32,000 bases of DNA from Mycolicibacterium smegmatis (GTDB lineage: Bacteria; Actinomycetota; Actinomycetes; Mycobacteriales; Mycobacteriaceae). Below the pieces are notes generated by a model, which was not told the DNA's origin, did no database searches, and saw nothing but the letters and a program-made list of their open reading frames with translations. Made by a program: the position numbers and the translations under genes. The stretch is from assembly GCF_001457595.1 (NCBI RefSeq), contig NZ_LN831039.1, positions 1,470,001-1,502,000 on the forward strand, in the 5' to 3' direction. Below, piece after piece: positions 16,597 through 25,745 of the stretch (the stretch's first letter is position 1; every line of letters starts with the position of its first letter).

Positions 16597-18213
16597 CTAG
16601 GAGGCGACGAGTGACCGCAGCTTGATGTCCGGGTTGTCGCGCTGGAACCCTTCGAGCCGCCACGGCGTGGAGAACAACACGAGCATGACGCCGTCGCTGC
16701 GGGTCATCACCTCGGCCGACGGCTGGCGGTTCATGAAGTCGGCGTCTTCGGGATCGACGATCCGCGCGACCTGGTACGGCAGCGGTTCCAGCGAGATCGG
16801 CGCGCTGAGCTCGGTCGCCATGCGGTGCGAGGCCACCTCGAACTGCATGGGGCCGACCGCGGCGAACACCGGGGCCTGCTCGCCACGCTTGTCCGAGCGC
16901 AGCACCTGCACCACGCCCTCCTGCTCGAGCTGCTCGATGCCGCGGCGGAACTGCTTGTGCTTGCTGGGATCGGTGCCGCGGGCCACCGCGAAATGCTCGG
17001 GCGAGAAGCTGGGGATCGGCGGAAACTGCACGGGCACATCGCGATACAGCGTGTCGCCGGGGCGCAGCGCTTGGGCGTTGGCCAACCCGATCACGTCGCC
17101 GGGCCAGGCGTCGTCCAGCGTCGAGCGCTGCTGGCCGAACACCGACTGCGCGTACTTGGTGACGAACGGCTTACCGGTGGCGGCGTGGGTGAGCACGTCG
17201 CCGCGCTCGAACGTGCCCGACACGACGCGGGCGTAGGCGATGCGGTCGCGGTGCGCGGAGTCCATGCCGGCCTGCACCTTGAACACGAATGCGCTGAACG
17301 GCGCGTCGGGGACGCGGCGCTCGCCGTCGACGTCGACGGCGCCGTTGGGCGAGGGTGCGAGCTCGACGAGCACGTCGAGCAGCTGGTTCACGCCGAAGTT
17401 CAACGCGGCCGACGTGAACAGCGTCGGCGAGGCCGTCCCGGCGAGGAACGCGTCGCGGTCGTAGTCGCCGCCGTCGGCGCTCAGCAGCTCGGACTCCTCG
17501 ACCGCGGTGTCCCAGTCGTCGCCGGCGGCCGCATGCGCGGCGTCGGCGGGGATGTGCTCCTCGGGCGCGGCGGTCGCGCCGCCCGCGGTGCGGGTGAAGC
17601 GGATGAATTGCCCGCCCCGGCGGTCCAGCACACCCTTGAAGTCACCGGCGATACCAACGGGCCAAGTCAGGGGAGTGGGCTTCAAACCGATGCGCGTCTG
17701 GATCTCGTCGATCAGCTCAAGGGCGTGGCGGCCGGGGCGGTCCCACTTGTTGATGACCGTGATGATCGGGATGCCACGGTGCTTACACACCTGGAACAGC
17801 TTGAGGGTCTGCGGCTCAAGGCCTTTCGCGGCGTCGATGAGCATCACCGCGCAGTCGACGGCGGTGAGCACGCGGTAGGTGTCCTCGGAGAAGTCGGCGT
17901 GGCCGGGGGTGTCGAGGAGGTTGATCACCGAATCGCGGTACGGGAACTGCAGCACCGTCGAGGTGATCGAGATGCCTCTGGCCTTCTCCATCTCCATCCA
18001 GTCCGACACCGTGGAGCGCCGGCCCGCCTTGCCGTGGATCGCACCGGCCTCGGTGATGACCCGCGCATGCAGCGCCAGGGCCTCGGTCAGCGTCGACTTA
18101 CCGGCATCGGGGTGGCTGATGACGGCGAAGGTCCGGCGGCGCGTGGCTTCGGCGGCGATGCGGCGGGAAAGAGAGGTGTTGGCGGAGGGAGCAAGGGCGG
18201 GGGTGTCGGTCAT
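16597..18213 (-). CDS. prfC: Peptide chain release factor 3 (RF3) GTPase
   Basis: RRTFAVISHPDAGKSTLTEALAL P-loop, NLLDTPGHADFSEDTYR, NKWDRPGR; start taken as MTDTPALAPSANTSLS (ATG 18213). Confidence 0.95.
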   Translation of the reverse strand: MTDTPALAPSANTSLSRRIAAEATRRRTFAVISHPDAGKSTLTEALALHARVITEAGAIHGKAGRRSTVSDWMEMEKARGISITSTVLQFPYRDSVINLLDTPGHADFSEDTYRVLTAVDCAVMLIDAAKGLEPQTLKLFQVCKHRGIPIITVINKWDRPGRHALELIDEIQTRIGLKPTPLTWPVGIAGDFKGVLDRRGGQFIRFTRTAGGATAAPEEHIPADAAHAAAGDDWDTAVEESELLSADGGDYDRDAFLAGTASPTLFTSAALNFGVNQLLDVLVELAPSPNGAVDVDGERRVPDAPFSAFVFKVQAGMDSAHRDRIAYARVVSGTFERGDVLTHAATGKPFVTKYAQSVFGQQRSTLDDAWPGDVIGLANAQALRPGDTLYRDVPVQFPPIPSFSPEHFAVARGTDPSKHKQFRRGIEQLEQEGVVQVLRSDKRGEQAPVFAAVGPMQFEVASHRMATELSAPISLEPLPYQVARIVDPEDADFMNRQPSAEVMTRSDGVMLVLFSTPWRLEGFQRDNPDIKLRSLVAS

Positions 18214-18288
18214 GTCGTCATAAATGGTATGGGCGCGCGCGGGCAAAACCGTAATCGAGCCGATCTCGAGCGACGGCGCCCACAGTCC

Positions 18289-18499
18289 TCAGGCGGTGAC
18301 CGCGGCCGCCATCGCGGCCAGTTTGTCGTCCAGGGCGGTGGCTGCGGCCTCCAGATCGGGGTTGGGTTCGACGACCATGAGCGACGACGGCTTGACGTAC
18401 GTCAGCGCACTACGCCCCTCGTCTTCGCTGGTCAGCAGCAGTTCTACGGGCGCGAACAGCCCGGCGGTGACGTCGTGGAAGGCTCTGGCCGGTCTATTC
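18289..18499 (-). pseudogene. 5'-truncated remnant, probably DUF302-like
   Basis: Reverse-strand frame ending at TGA 18289-18291 reads ...ARAFHDVTAGLFAPVELLLTSEDEGRSALTYVKPSSLMVVEPNPDLEAAATALDDKLAAMAAAVTA*, protein-like, but open frame lacks a usable early start and is cut by a stop just upstream. Family assignment by eye only. Confidence 0.5.
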
Positions 18500-18523
18500 C
18501 TGAGTATGGCGAGCCATACTCAG
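18500..18523. repeat. Inverted repeat CTGAGTATGGC-GA-GCCATACTCAG (possible terminator or operator)
   Basis: 11-bp perfect arms, 2-bp centre; begins 6 nt downstream of the gntR stop codon. Confidence 0.85.
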
Positions 18524-18529
18524 ATGAGT

Positions 18530-19219
18530 TCATCCCAGCTGTGAGCGCGCGGTGCCGGCGCCGAACAGGGTCTGCAACGTGGTCGTGCGATTGCGGTCGG
18601 CGTGGTCTTTCGCGAGCTTCTCGGCGGCGCGCGCGTCCCGATCGGCGATGGCATCAACCAGGCGATGGTGATCGTCGGAGACGGCGTGGGGGTCCGGGAT
18701 CTGCCGGACCAGCCACTGCACGCGGTACAGGATCGGCGCCATGATCTCGCCGAGCGTCCGGTTGTGCGATGCGGTCACCAGCAACTGATGAAACAGCGCG
18801 TTCGCGTCATGGGCGGCCGTGAAGTCATTGCGCTCCGCGGCGTGGTCGGCGGATTCGGCCGCACCACGAAGCGCCGCGATGTCCTCATCGGTCCGGTTCT
18901 CGGCGGCCTCGCGGCAGGCCATGGCTTCCAGGGCCTGCCGGATGTCGAAAAGTTCGGTGACGTCCCGCTCGGTCCAACCGCGGACCACCAGACCGCGCGT
19001 CTTGCGTACCTCGAGAAAGCCCTCGGTCTTCAGCGCCTGCAGGGCCTCGCGTGCGGGGAGTCGTGAAACCCCGTAAGCGTCAGCCACATCCCGCTCCACC
19101 AGCCGGTACCCGGGTGGGTACCGGCCGCGGATGACGTCGGAGCGCAGCGCGTCGATGAGCCGGCCGCGCAGCATCAGGTTGCTGGGCGAGCCTTCGTCGG
19201 CGGACGGCGTCGAGGACAT
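18530..19219 (-). CDS. GntR-family regulator with FCD domain
   Basis: 229 aa; RLIDALRSDVIRGRYPPGYRLVERDVADAYGVSRLPAREALQALKTEGFLEVRKTRGLVVR, then FCD-like DIRQALEAMACREAAE. Confidence 0.93.
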   Translation of the reverse strand: MSSTPSADEGSPSNLMLRGRLIDALRSDVIRGRYPPGYRLVERDVADAYGVSRLPAREALQALKTEGFLEVRKTRGLVVRGWTERDVTELFDIRQALEAMACREAAENRTDEDIAALRGAAESADHAAERNDFTAAHDANALFHQLLVTASHNRTLGEIMAPILYRVQWLVRQIPDPHAVSDDHHRLVDAIADRDARAAEKLAKDHADRNRTTTLQTLFGAGTARSQLG

Positions 19220-19270
19220 GATGTCCTCAGCTTAGCCATCGGCCGTCGCGCTTCGACGCTGATGTGAACC

Positions 19271-20182
19271 TCAGCGTCCCACGTACTCAGGGCGTGTCGG
19301 CTGATCCAGCGGATAACGCGACCGGAACTGCTCGGCGGCGTCGGCCATGGTGACGAATTCGACGCCGTCGAAGCCCGCCCACCGGTCCAGCAGGCGCTCG
19401 AGCATGAGCAGCACCTGGGGACGTCCCGAGACGTCCGGATGGAGCGTCATGGGGATGACGGCGTAGTCGAGTTCGCGGTACACCCAATCGAATTGGTCGT
19501 TCCACATCTGTTCGATGTCGCGGGGGTTCACGAAGCCGTGCGAGTTGGCGTGGCCCTTGATGAACATCATGGGCGGCAGGTCGTCGACGTACCAGTTGCC
19601 GCAGAACTCGACGAGGTCGATCTCGTGGCCGTGCTTGAGCGGCTTCATCCAGTGCTCGGCCGGTTTGGTGGTGTCGATCGGGGTCCACTCGTCACCGACA
19701 CGCGCGTAGAACGGGACGAAGTCGTTGTAGTTCTGGGAGTGGTCGTAGGAGAAGTCGTACTCCTTGAGGATCGACGCGGTGTGTTCGCTCATCTCCCACC
19801 ACGGCGCGACATAGCCTTTCGGGCGTGCGCCGGTGAGTTGTTCGACGAGTTCGACGCTCTTGGCCATCACGGCGCGTTCCTGCTCCTGGGACAGCGAACG
19901 CGGGTTCTCGTGGCTGTATCCGTGGGCGCCGATCTCGTGTCCGGCGTCGACGCACATCTTGGCCTGCCTGGGAAAGGTCTCGATCGAGTGGCCGGGCCAG
20001 AACCACGTCGACACGATGCCGCGACGCTCGAGCAGTTTCAGCATGCGCGGCACACCCACCTCGCCGGCGAACACGCCGCGTTGCATGTCGTTCGGCGAAT
20101 CCTGACCGCCGTACGACCCCAGCCAGCCTGCGCACGAGTCGACGTCGATCCCGACACAAACCTGAATCTTCTTGTCCGTCAT
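19271..20182 (-). CDS. Polysaccharide-deacetylase-fold (PuuE/cyclic imide hydrolase-like) hydrolase
   Basis: 303 aa from ATG 20182: [26 protein letters not shown]...[17 protein letters not shown]...[14 protein letters not shown]...YVAPWWEMS. NodB-like metal and substrate motifs. Confidence 0.85.
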   Translation of the reverse strand: MTDKKIQVCVGIDVDSCAGWLGSYGGQDSPNDMQRGVFAGEVGVPRMLKLLERRGIVSTWFWPGHSIETFPRQAKMCVDAGHEIGAHGYSHENPRSLSQEQERAVMAKSVELVEQLTGARPKGYVAPWWEMSEHTASILKEYDFSYDHSQNYNDFVPFYARVGDEWTPIDTTKPAEHWMKPLKHGHEIDLVEFCGNWYVDDLPPMMFIKGHANSHGFVNPRDIEQMWNDQFDWVYRELDYAVIPMTLHPDVSGRPQVLLMLERLLDRWAGFDGVEFVTMADAAEQFRSRYPLDQPTRPEYVGR

Positions 20183-20195
20183 TCGATGTGATTCC

Positions 20196-21350
20196 TCACT
20201 TGTTGTTGAGCAATGCGTGCAGCTTCTCCTGGGCGTCGGCCATCGCCGCGAGATCGTCACCCGTCCACGCTCGTTCGCCGATGCTGTGCGCGGAGAGCCA
20301 GGCCGCCATCTCGTCACCGCGCTCGACGGGGCCGAGCACCTGCGCACTCACGCCGTACACCTCGCGAAGTGCCTGCGGGGGATATGGGGCCTCGGTGAAC
20401 GCTGGTTGGACCAGTACCTTGCGGTGTTGCTCCAACCAGCTGACGGTCTCCAGCTTGCGCTGATCCAGCGACGGGTCGTGCTGTATGGAACGTACACCGG
20501 GAGCGCAGGATTCGGCCGCGCACAGATCGACATGCAGGCCCAGATCCGCGTCGTCGATCCGCGCCGTCGTCCGGTCGCAGCCGGTGCGCACCCGCAGTTC
20601 GGTGACGATCTCCTTGACCCGGTGCCGCAGCGGTCCCTGCTCCAGCAGCAACCCGGCTGCGGGGATGCGCGCATCAGATCCGGTGAGCTCCAGCGCCCAC
20701 CACAGCGTGGCGGCGATGCTGTCGATCACCGGGATGCCAAGGCTCTGCTCCACCTCCCGCAGCACCGTGGTGCCGTCGACGTTCGTGCAGATGAGCGCGA
20801 CGCCATGCGGCGCGGGATCCCCGTTCTTCGCCGCCGCCGTCAGCAGTTCGGCCACCTCAGCGGAACTCGCCTTCGCGAACGAGAGGTTGTCGGTGAGTTC
20901 CCATTCCGCGTGCGAGACGATGCCGACGTCATGACGTGCGTACTCCCGCGAGATCGCGTCGACGACGTCACAGGTGTAGGGCGTCGCGCAGGCAAGTGCG
21001 GAGATCCCGAAGTCGACGCACGCCTGCAGAATCGCCAGTGTCGACGTCGTCGCCGGAATTCCGGTCGCCTCGGTGATCGCGTCACAACACCGGCGGTCGT
21101 GCTCAAGCCCCAACCATGAACCCGCAGTCCCGTTCCACACGATGCAGTCCACCTCGGCGTCGGCCAGCAGCCGCGCAGCAGCCACCATGGTGTCGGCGTC
21201 GAACGCCGCACCGCCGCCGTCAAGGGTGATGGCCCGCACGGGAATCCGCGTGTAGTGGACGGTGACGTCGGGGCGGTCGGTGAGCAGCCGGGTGGTGGCC
21301 GGTTCGAGCGCGGTGTTCGAGGACGGGACGATCATGCCGATGCGGGTCAT
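20196..21350 (-). CDS. Fusion protein: maleate isomerase/Asp-Glu racemase superfamily domain plus GAF-like C-terminal domain
   Basis: 384 aa from ATG 21350: [23 protein letters not shown]... [13 protein letters not shown]... followed by [104 protein letters not shown]. Confidence 0.82.
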   Translation of the reverse strand: MTRIGMIVPSSNTALEPATTRLLTDRPDVTVHYTRIPVRAITLDGGGAAFDADTMVAAARLLADAEVDCIVWNGTAGSWLGLEHDRRCCDAITEATGIPATTSTLAILQACVDFGISALACATPYTCDVVDAISREYARHDVGIVSHAEWELTDNLSFAKASSAEVAELLTAAAKNGDPAPHGVALICTNVDGTTVLREVEQSLGIPVIDSIAATLWWALELTGSDARIPAAGLLLEQGPLRHRVKEIVTELRVRTGCDRTTARIDDADLGLHVDLCAAESCAPGVRSIQHDPSLDQRKLETVSWLEQHRKVLVQPAFTEAPYPPQALREVYGVSAQVLGPVERGDEMAAWLSAHSIGERAWTGDDLAAMADAQEKLHALLNNK

Positions 21351-22648
21351 ACCGACGCTCCCTTCGTGGTGGACAGCGGTGCGGCCTTGGGTGCCAACCG
21401 CTTCGAGTAGTCGAGGATGAGAACGGCCGCGGTCATGATCACGCCGGCGCCCACGAAGTACAGCAAGGCCCAGGTGTAGGCGCCGGTGGCGCCGACGATG
21501 AACCCGACGGCCATCGGGGTGACAAACCCGGAAATGTTGCCTGCCAGGTTCATCGCGCCACCCAGCACGCCGGCGTCCTCCCGGCCACCGAGGATCGACG
21601 GCACCGACCAGAACAATCCGACCCAGCGCAGGAAGAACAGCACGGTGGACAGCAGCAGCACCGCCGCCAGCGGGCTGGGCATGAGCACGACGCCGACCAG
21701 TCCCGCGACCACGCACATTCCGGCGAAGCCGAGCAGTGAGCGCATGACGCGGTTGGTGCCGTAACCCTTCTCTTTGAGCCGGTCCGCGAGTTGCCCGCCG
21801 ATGATCTCGCCGACGAACCCGGACCCGAAGATCGCGAACGTCGACCAGCCGATGGCCTCGAGCTCGAAACCCTTGCTCTCGGAGAGGAAGAGCGGGCCCC
21901 ACGTCAGCAGGCCGTAGAAGACGCCGTTGAAGCCCAGCCAGCCGGCGCACATCGCCCAGAAGCTGCGGTACTTCATGTAGTAGACGAGGCCCGCGCGCTC
22001 ACCGGTGGACTGGTGGCGTGCGTTTTCTTCGCGGTGCGCCGAGACCAGGTATTCGCGTTCGGCCTCGTCGACTTTCGGGTGCTCCTCGGGGGTGTCGCGG
22101 ATGGCTCGCCACGCCCAGATGCCCAGGAGCACGGTGACCGCGCCGGCGATGATGAACGCCCACCGCCAACTGCCGGTGGCACCGATCAGTGCGGCGATCG
22201 CGATACCTCCCACTGCGGAGCCCAGGGGCGCGCCGGCGTCGAGAATCGTCGCGCCCCGTCCGCGTTCCTTCTCGGTGAGGAACACCGCGTTGAGCTTGCC
22301 GCCCGCGGGCATGATCGGTGCTTCGGTCACACCGATCAGGCCGCGCGCGACGGCCATGGTCCCGATGTTCGGTGCCATGCCGGAAAGTGCGGTCGCGGTG
22401 CCCCACCCCGTGCAGGCCGCGGTGATGAGCTTGCGCGGACCGAACCGGTCGATGAGCCACCCGGCCGGGATCTGCATGGCCGCGTAGGCCCAGAAGAAGG
22501 CCGAGAGCAGCAGGCCCGTGACCTCGGCGCTGATGTGGAAATCCTCTTTGATCGCGGGCAGCGCCACCGAGAGTGAACCGCGATCGACGTAGTTGACCGT
22601 CACCAACAGGAGCAGCAAGGCGAACATCCGCCAACGGGTGTTGGACAT
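21347..22648 (-). CDS. MFS transporter (anion:cation symporter-like)
   Basis: 433 aa from ATG 22648 (MSNTRWRMFALLLLLVTVNYVDRGSLSVALPAIKEDFHIS...AAMQIPAGWLIDRFGPRK); SD GAAGGGG; ATGA overlap with the downstream gene. Confidence 0.93.
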   Translation of the reverse strand: MSNTRWRMFALLLLLVTVNYVDRGSLSVALPAIKEDFHISAEVTGLLLSAFFWAYAAMQIPAGWLIDRFGPRKLITAACTGWGTATALSGMAPNIGTMAVARGLIGVTEAPIMPAGGKLNAVFLTEKERGRGATILDAGAPLGSAVGGIAIAALIGATGSWRWAFIIAGAVTVLLGIWAWRAIRDTPEEHPKVDEAEREYLVSAHREENARHQSTGERAGLVYYMKYRSFWAMCAGWLGFNGVFYGLLTWGPLFLSESKGFELEAIGWSTFAIFGSGFVGEIIGGQLADRLKEKGYGTNRVMRSLLGFAGMCVVAGLVGVVLMPSPLAAVLLLSTVLFFLRWVGLFWSVPSILGGREDAGVLGGAMNLAGNISGFVTPMAVGFIVGATGAYTWALLYFVGAGVIMTAAVLILDYSKRLAPKAAPLSTTKGASV

Positions 22649-22661
22649 CCCATCCCCTTCA

Positions 22662-22688
22662 TTTGGTATACCGAGTTGGTATGCCAAA
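22662..22688. promoter_or_regulatory. Candidate GntR operator: TTTGGTATACC-GAGTT-GGTATGCCAAA
   Basis: 11-bp arms with one mismatch; also two tandem TTGGTATrCC elements 13 bp apart; starts 14 bp upstream of the MFS start codon and lies in the divergent intergenic region. Confidence 0.6.
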
Positions 22689-22770
22689 CAACCTAGGGCT
22701 CGCGTAGGTCGCCTTCAACCCTTGCGCGTAACCACTACGTAAACGATCCGACGGACACCCGGGAGAGCGC

Positions 22771-23409
22771 GTGAACCGAGCACCTGACGTGGGGACGATC
22801 TGGGGGACCGGTCGCAATTTCCCGGTCGCTGACGGTGGACCGCCGGACGTCCCGCAACTCTTCGTGAAGAACACCCACTCCGTCATCGGGCCGGGCGAAC
22901 CGCTACAGCTGACGGGCAGCGTGGCCACGCGCGTCGTCGCCGAAGGTGAGCTGGCGATCGTCATCGGCGACCAGTGCCGCGATCTCGTCACTGCTGAACA
23001 GGCCCGCGCCGTCATCGCCGGGTACTGCGTGGCCAACGATGTCACTGCCCGCGACCTTCAAGAGGTGGACGACCACTGGTCGCGAGGTAAGGGTCTCGAC
23101 GGTTTCTGTCCGCTCGGCGTCGAGATGGTGGCCCCGCGCGACATGCCGACGTGGAAGGACGTCATGATCAGGACCTGGGTCGACGACGAACTGGTCCAGG
23201 ACGAATCGGTGGCTGCGGCATACGTGGGGCCCGAGGAGCTCGTCTGCTGGGCCTCGCAACAGTTCACCCTCCACCCCGGAGACATCTTCTTGCTGGGGAC
23301 GCCGGCCTACCGCCCGGCCGGTGACGAGAGCCGCGCCGTACTGAAACCGGGCCATACGGCCAGGGTGGAGATCACCGGAATCGGCGAACTGATCACACCG
23401 GTGATCTGA
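22771..23409 (+). CDS. Fumarylacetoacetate hydrolase (FAH) family protein
   Basis: 212 aa; GTIWGTGRNFPVADGG, VVAEGELAIVIGDQCRDLVTAEQARAVIAGYCVANDVTARDLQ, RGKGLDGFCPLG, FLLGTPAYRPAG. Confidence 0.9.
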   Translation: MNRAPDVGTIWGTGRNFPVADGGPPDVPQLFVKNTHSVIGPGEPLQLTGSVATRVVAEGELAIVIGDQCRDLVTAEQARAVIAGYCVANDVTARDLQEVDDHWSRGKGLDGFCPLGVEMVAPRDMPTWKDVMIRTWVDDELVQDESVAAAYVGPEELVCWASQQFTLHPGDIFLLGTPAYRPAGDESRAVLKPGHTARVEITGIGELITPVI

Positions 23410-23582
23410 GGCTTTGTCTCGTATCGACATCCTCGGATCTACCTGTCGCAACGGCGGGGTCAAGACTCGCACACACCACCGAGCCCTCGCGGCGAAGTTG
23501 CGGGCGTGCGGCTACGATTGAGCCACTGATCGGTTCCCGGTCAGCAACCCCATCAAACTGGCTTTCGCCGAAGCACATTGGA

Positions 23583-24845
23583 GTGATGTTGTCGTCTGTT
23601 CGTCGTGCCTGCCTCGCGGCCGTTCTTGCCGTGCTGGCGGTGTTGGGTGGCGTCGTCGTCACGGCCCTGCCGGACTGTGTGCACGAGCACTGCCAGACGA
23701 TGGCCGCCGCGCCGCAGGGAGTTCCGCAGCCCTCGCCGACCGAGCCGGCCAAGCTGACGATCACCCCGAAGAACAACGCCGAGGACGTCGAACCGCTCGC
23801 CCCGGTCGCGGTGACCGCTGTCACCGGAACCGTCACGAGCGTGCGCATGCTCAACGACGCGGGCAAGGAGATCGCGGGTGCGCTGAGCCCCGACGGCAAA
23901 GTGTGGAAGCCGGCCACCGCGCTCGGCTACGGCCGCACCTACACCATGAACGTCGTCGCCCGCGGGCCCGGCGGCATGCCGACGCGGGCCAGTTCGACGT
24001 TCACCACGGTGACGCCCACCTATCAGGCCAACGTCTACCTCAACGGCACCTCGGGGGCGCCGCTGAAGGACGGTGAGACCTACGGCGTCGGCATGGTGAT
24101 CGTCGCACGCTTCGACCAGGCCATCACCGACAAGGCCAGCGCCGAACGCCGCATGAAGGTGACCACATCGCCCAAGGCCGTCGGCTCGTGGAACTGGATC
24201 GACGACCAGACCGCCCACTGGCGTCCGCGGGAGTACTACGCGCCGGGCACCAAGGTGACCGTCGACGCCGACATCTACGGCGCACGGCTCGGCGAGGACC
24301 TCTACGGCGCGCAGGACGAGAAGGTGTCGTTCGTGATCGGCGACTCGCACGTCTCGATCGCCGACGACAACACCAAACAGGTGAGCGTCTACGAGAACGG
24401 CAAGCTCGTGCGCACCATGCCGACCTCGATGGGCATGGGTGGCACCGAGACCGTCAACGGCGTGACGCTCAGCTTCTGGACCCCGCGCGGCATCTACACC
24501 GTGATGGACAAGGCCAACCCGGTCGTCATGGACTCCTCGACGTACGGTCTGCCGGTCGGATCTCGACTGGGCTACCGGACCACGATCCCCTACGCCACAC
24601 GCATCAGCGTCGACGGCATCTACCTGCACCAGCTCAACGACACCATCTGGGCGCAGGGCAACACCAATGTGAGCCACGGCTGCCTCAACCTCAGCGGCGA
24701 GAACGCGCAGTGGTTCTACAACTTCTCCCGGCCGGGCGACATCGTCGAGATCCGCAACACCGGCGGCGAGCCGCTCAAGCCCGACAACAACGGCGACTGG
24801 ACCATCCCGTGGGAGCAGTGGCGTAAGGGCAGCGCGCTCAACTGA
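23583..24845 (+). CDS. Exported L,D-transpeptidase (YkuD) with Ig-like N-terminal domains
   Basis: 420 aa; N-terminal signal/TM segment, catalytic IYLHQLNDTIWAQGNTNVSHGCLNLS motif. GTG 23583 or ATG 23586. Confidence 0.95.
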   Translation: MMLSSVRRACLAAVLAVLAVLGGVVVTALPDCVHEHCQTMAAAPQGVPQPSPTEPAKLTITPKNNAEDVEPLAPVAVTAVTGTVTSVRMLNDAGKEIAGALSPDGKVWKPATALGYGRTYTMNVVARGPGGMPTRASSTFTTVTPTYQANVYLNGTSGAPLKDGETYGVGMVIVARFDQAITDKASAERRMKVTTSPKAVGSWNWIDDQTAHWRPREYYAPGTKVTVDADIYGARLGEDLYGAQDEKVSFVIGDSHVSIADDNTKQVSVYENGKLVRTMPTSMGMGGTETVNGVTLSFWTPRGIYTVMDKANPVVMDSSTYGLPVGSRLGYRTTIPYATRISVDGIYLHQLNDTIWAQGNTNVSHGCLNLSGENAQWFYNFSRPGDIVEIRNTGGEPLKPDNNGDWTIPWEQWRKGSALN

Positions 24846-25031
24846 GTTCCCCCCGGCCCACATATGTCTGGACGGGGCCCTGTCGTCGAGATGGACATGA
24901 GGGTTGTTGATTCTCCGGGTGTGTGCCGTGAGCACAGCCGTGGGGTCGGTCTCGGTGACAGGGCGCTGCACGGCTATATGCATGGGTGAACGCGTGATCG
25001 CCCCTACGCTGTAGGCACTCGAAGGGGTGAG

Positions 25032-25346
25032 ATGCCGACACGACACAGATGGGGCTCGGTGGCCGGGCGCAGCGTGGCGGGGATCGTCGGCGTCGCCTCA
25101 GGCCTCATCTGGCTGTTGATCGTCTTCGTGATCCTCAAGTCGGCGTTCCCGAGCAGCGCGAGCGCCGACCCGCACGGCTACGGCCGCATCTTCGGCGTCC
25201 TGATGTACGTGCCGTTCGGCGTGTTGTGGGTGCTGACGCTGCCCCGTGCGCTCGCGCCGCGATCGCGTCGACGGGGTTTCTCCGTGGCGGTGCTGGTGCT
25301 CGCGGTGACCACGGTGCTGTTGGTCATCGCGCTGGCGTTGTCGTGA
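25032..25346 (+). CDS. Small membrane protein of unknown function
   Basis: 104 aa MPTRHRWGSVAGRSVAGIVGVASGLIWLLIVFVIL...; several TM segments; SD GAAGGGG. Confidence 0.72.
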   Translation: MPTRHRWGSVAGRSVAGIVGVASGLIWLLIVFVILKSAFPSSASADPHGYGRIFGVLMYVPFGVLWVLTLPRALAPRSRRRGFSVAVLVLAVTTVLLVIALALS

Positions 25347-25745
25347 CCCGCCAGATGGGATCACTTAACTTTGCTAGCTGATTAGCCGACGCTGGCGCGC
25401 TCACGTGTGGAGGCGCCGTCACCGGTGGTCGGCACGGCATCGGTGCGGCGACGGTTGGTGGGTGGCCGTGCATGTGATCCAGCGGAATTATCAGCCATTC
25501 TTGGCTCGCGAATCGATCCAGAACAGGCGTTTTGTAGCGACGGAGAAAGTTACCGTGTATTCCGCGACTGCCTGCGATTTCTCGGTTTGTGGGAAATTAG
25601 TGCGCGAACCAGGCCCTGAATGCATTCAATAAGATCAGCTATACATTTTGCCGCCCGCGTGTTAACCAAAATGCCGCCCAATCCGCCTGTGATTCAGCAC
25701 ACCCGAGAGGTACAGTGTGAGCACAGTCATAGAAAGGGCGAGCCA

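Noticed and set aside
16825-18744. 639-aa plus-strand ORF
   Set aside because: Antisense to prfC and part of gntR; no coherent motif.
23382-23406. GATCACACCGGTGATC resembling the 16.1/16.5 kb palindrome
   Set aside because: Lies inside the FAH 3' coding end, with a different spacing (4-bp loop), so not counted as another copy.
23553-25046. 497-aa minus-strand ORF
   Set aside because: Antisense to the L,D-transpeptidase, which has the canonical SHGC motif.
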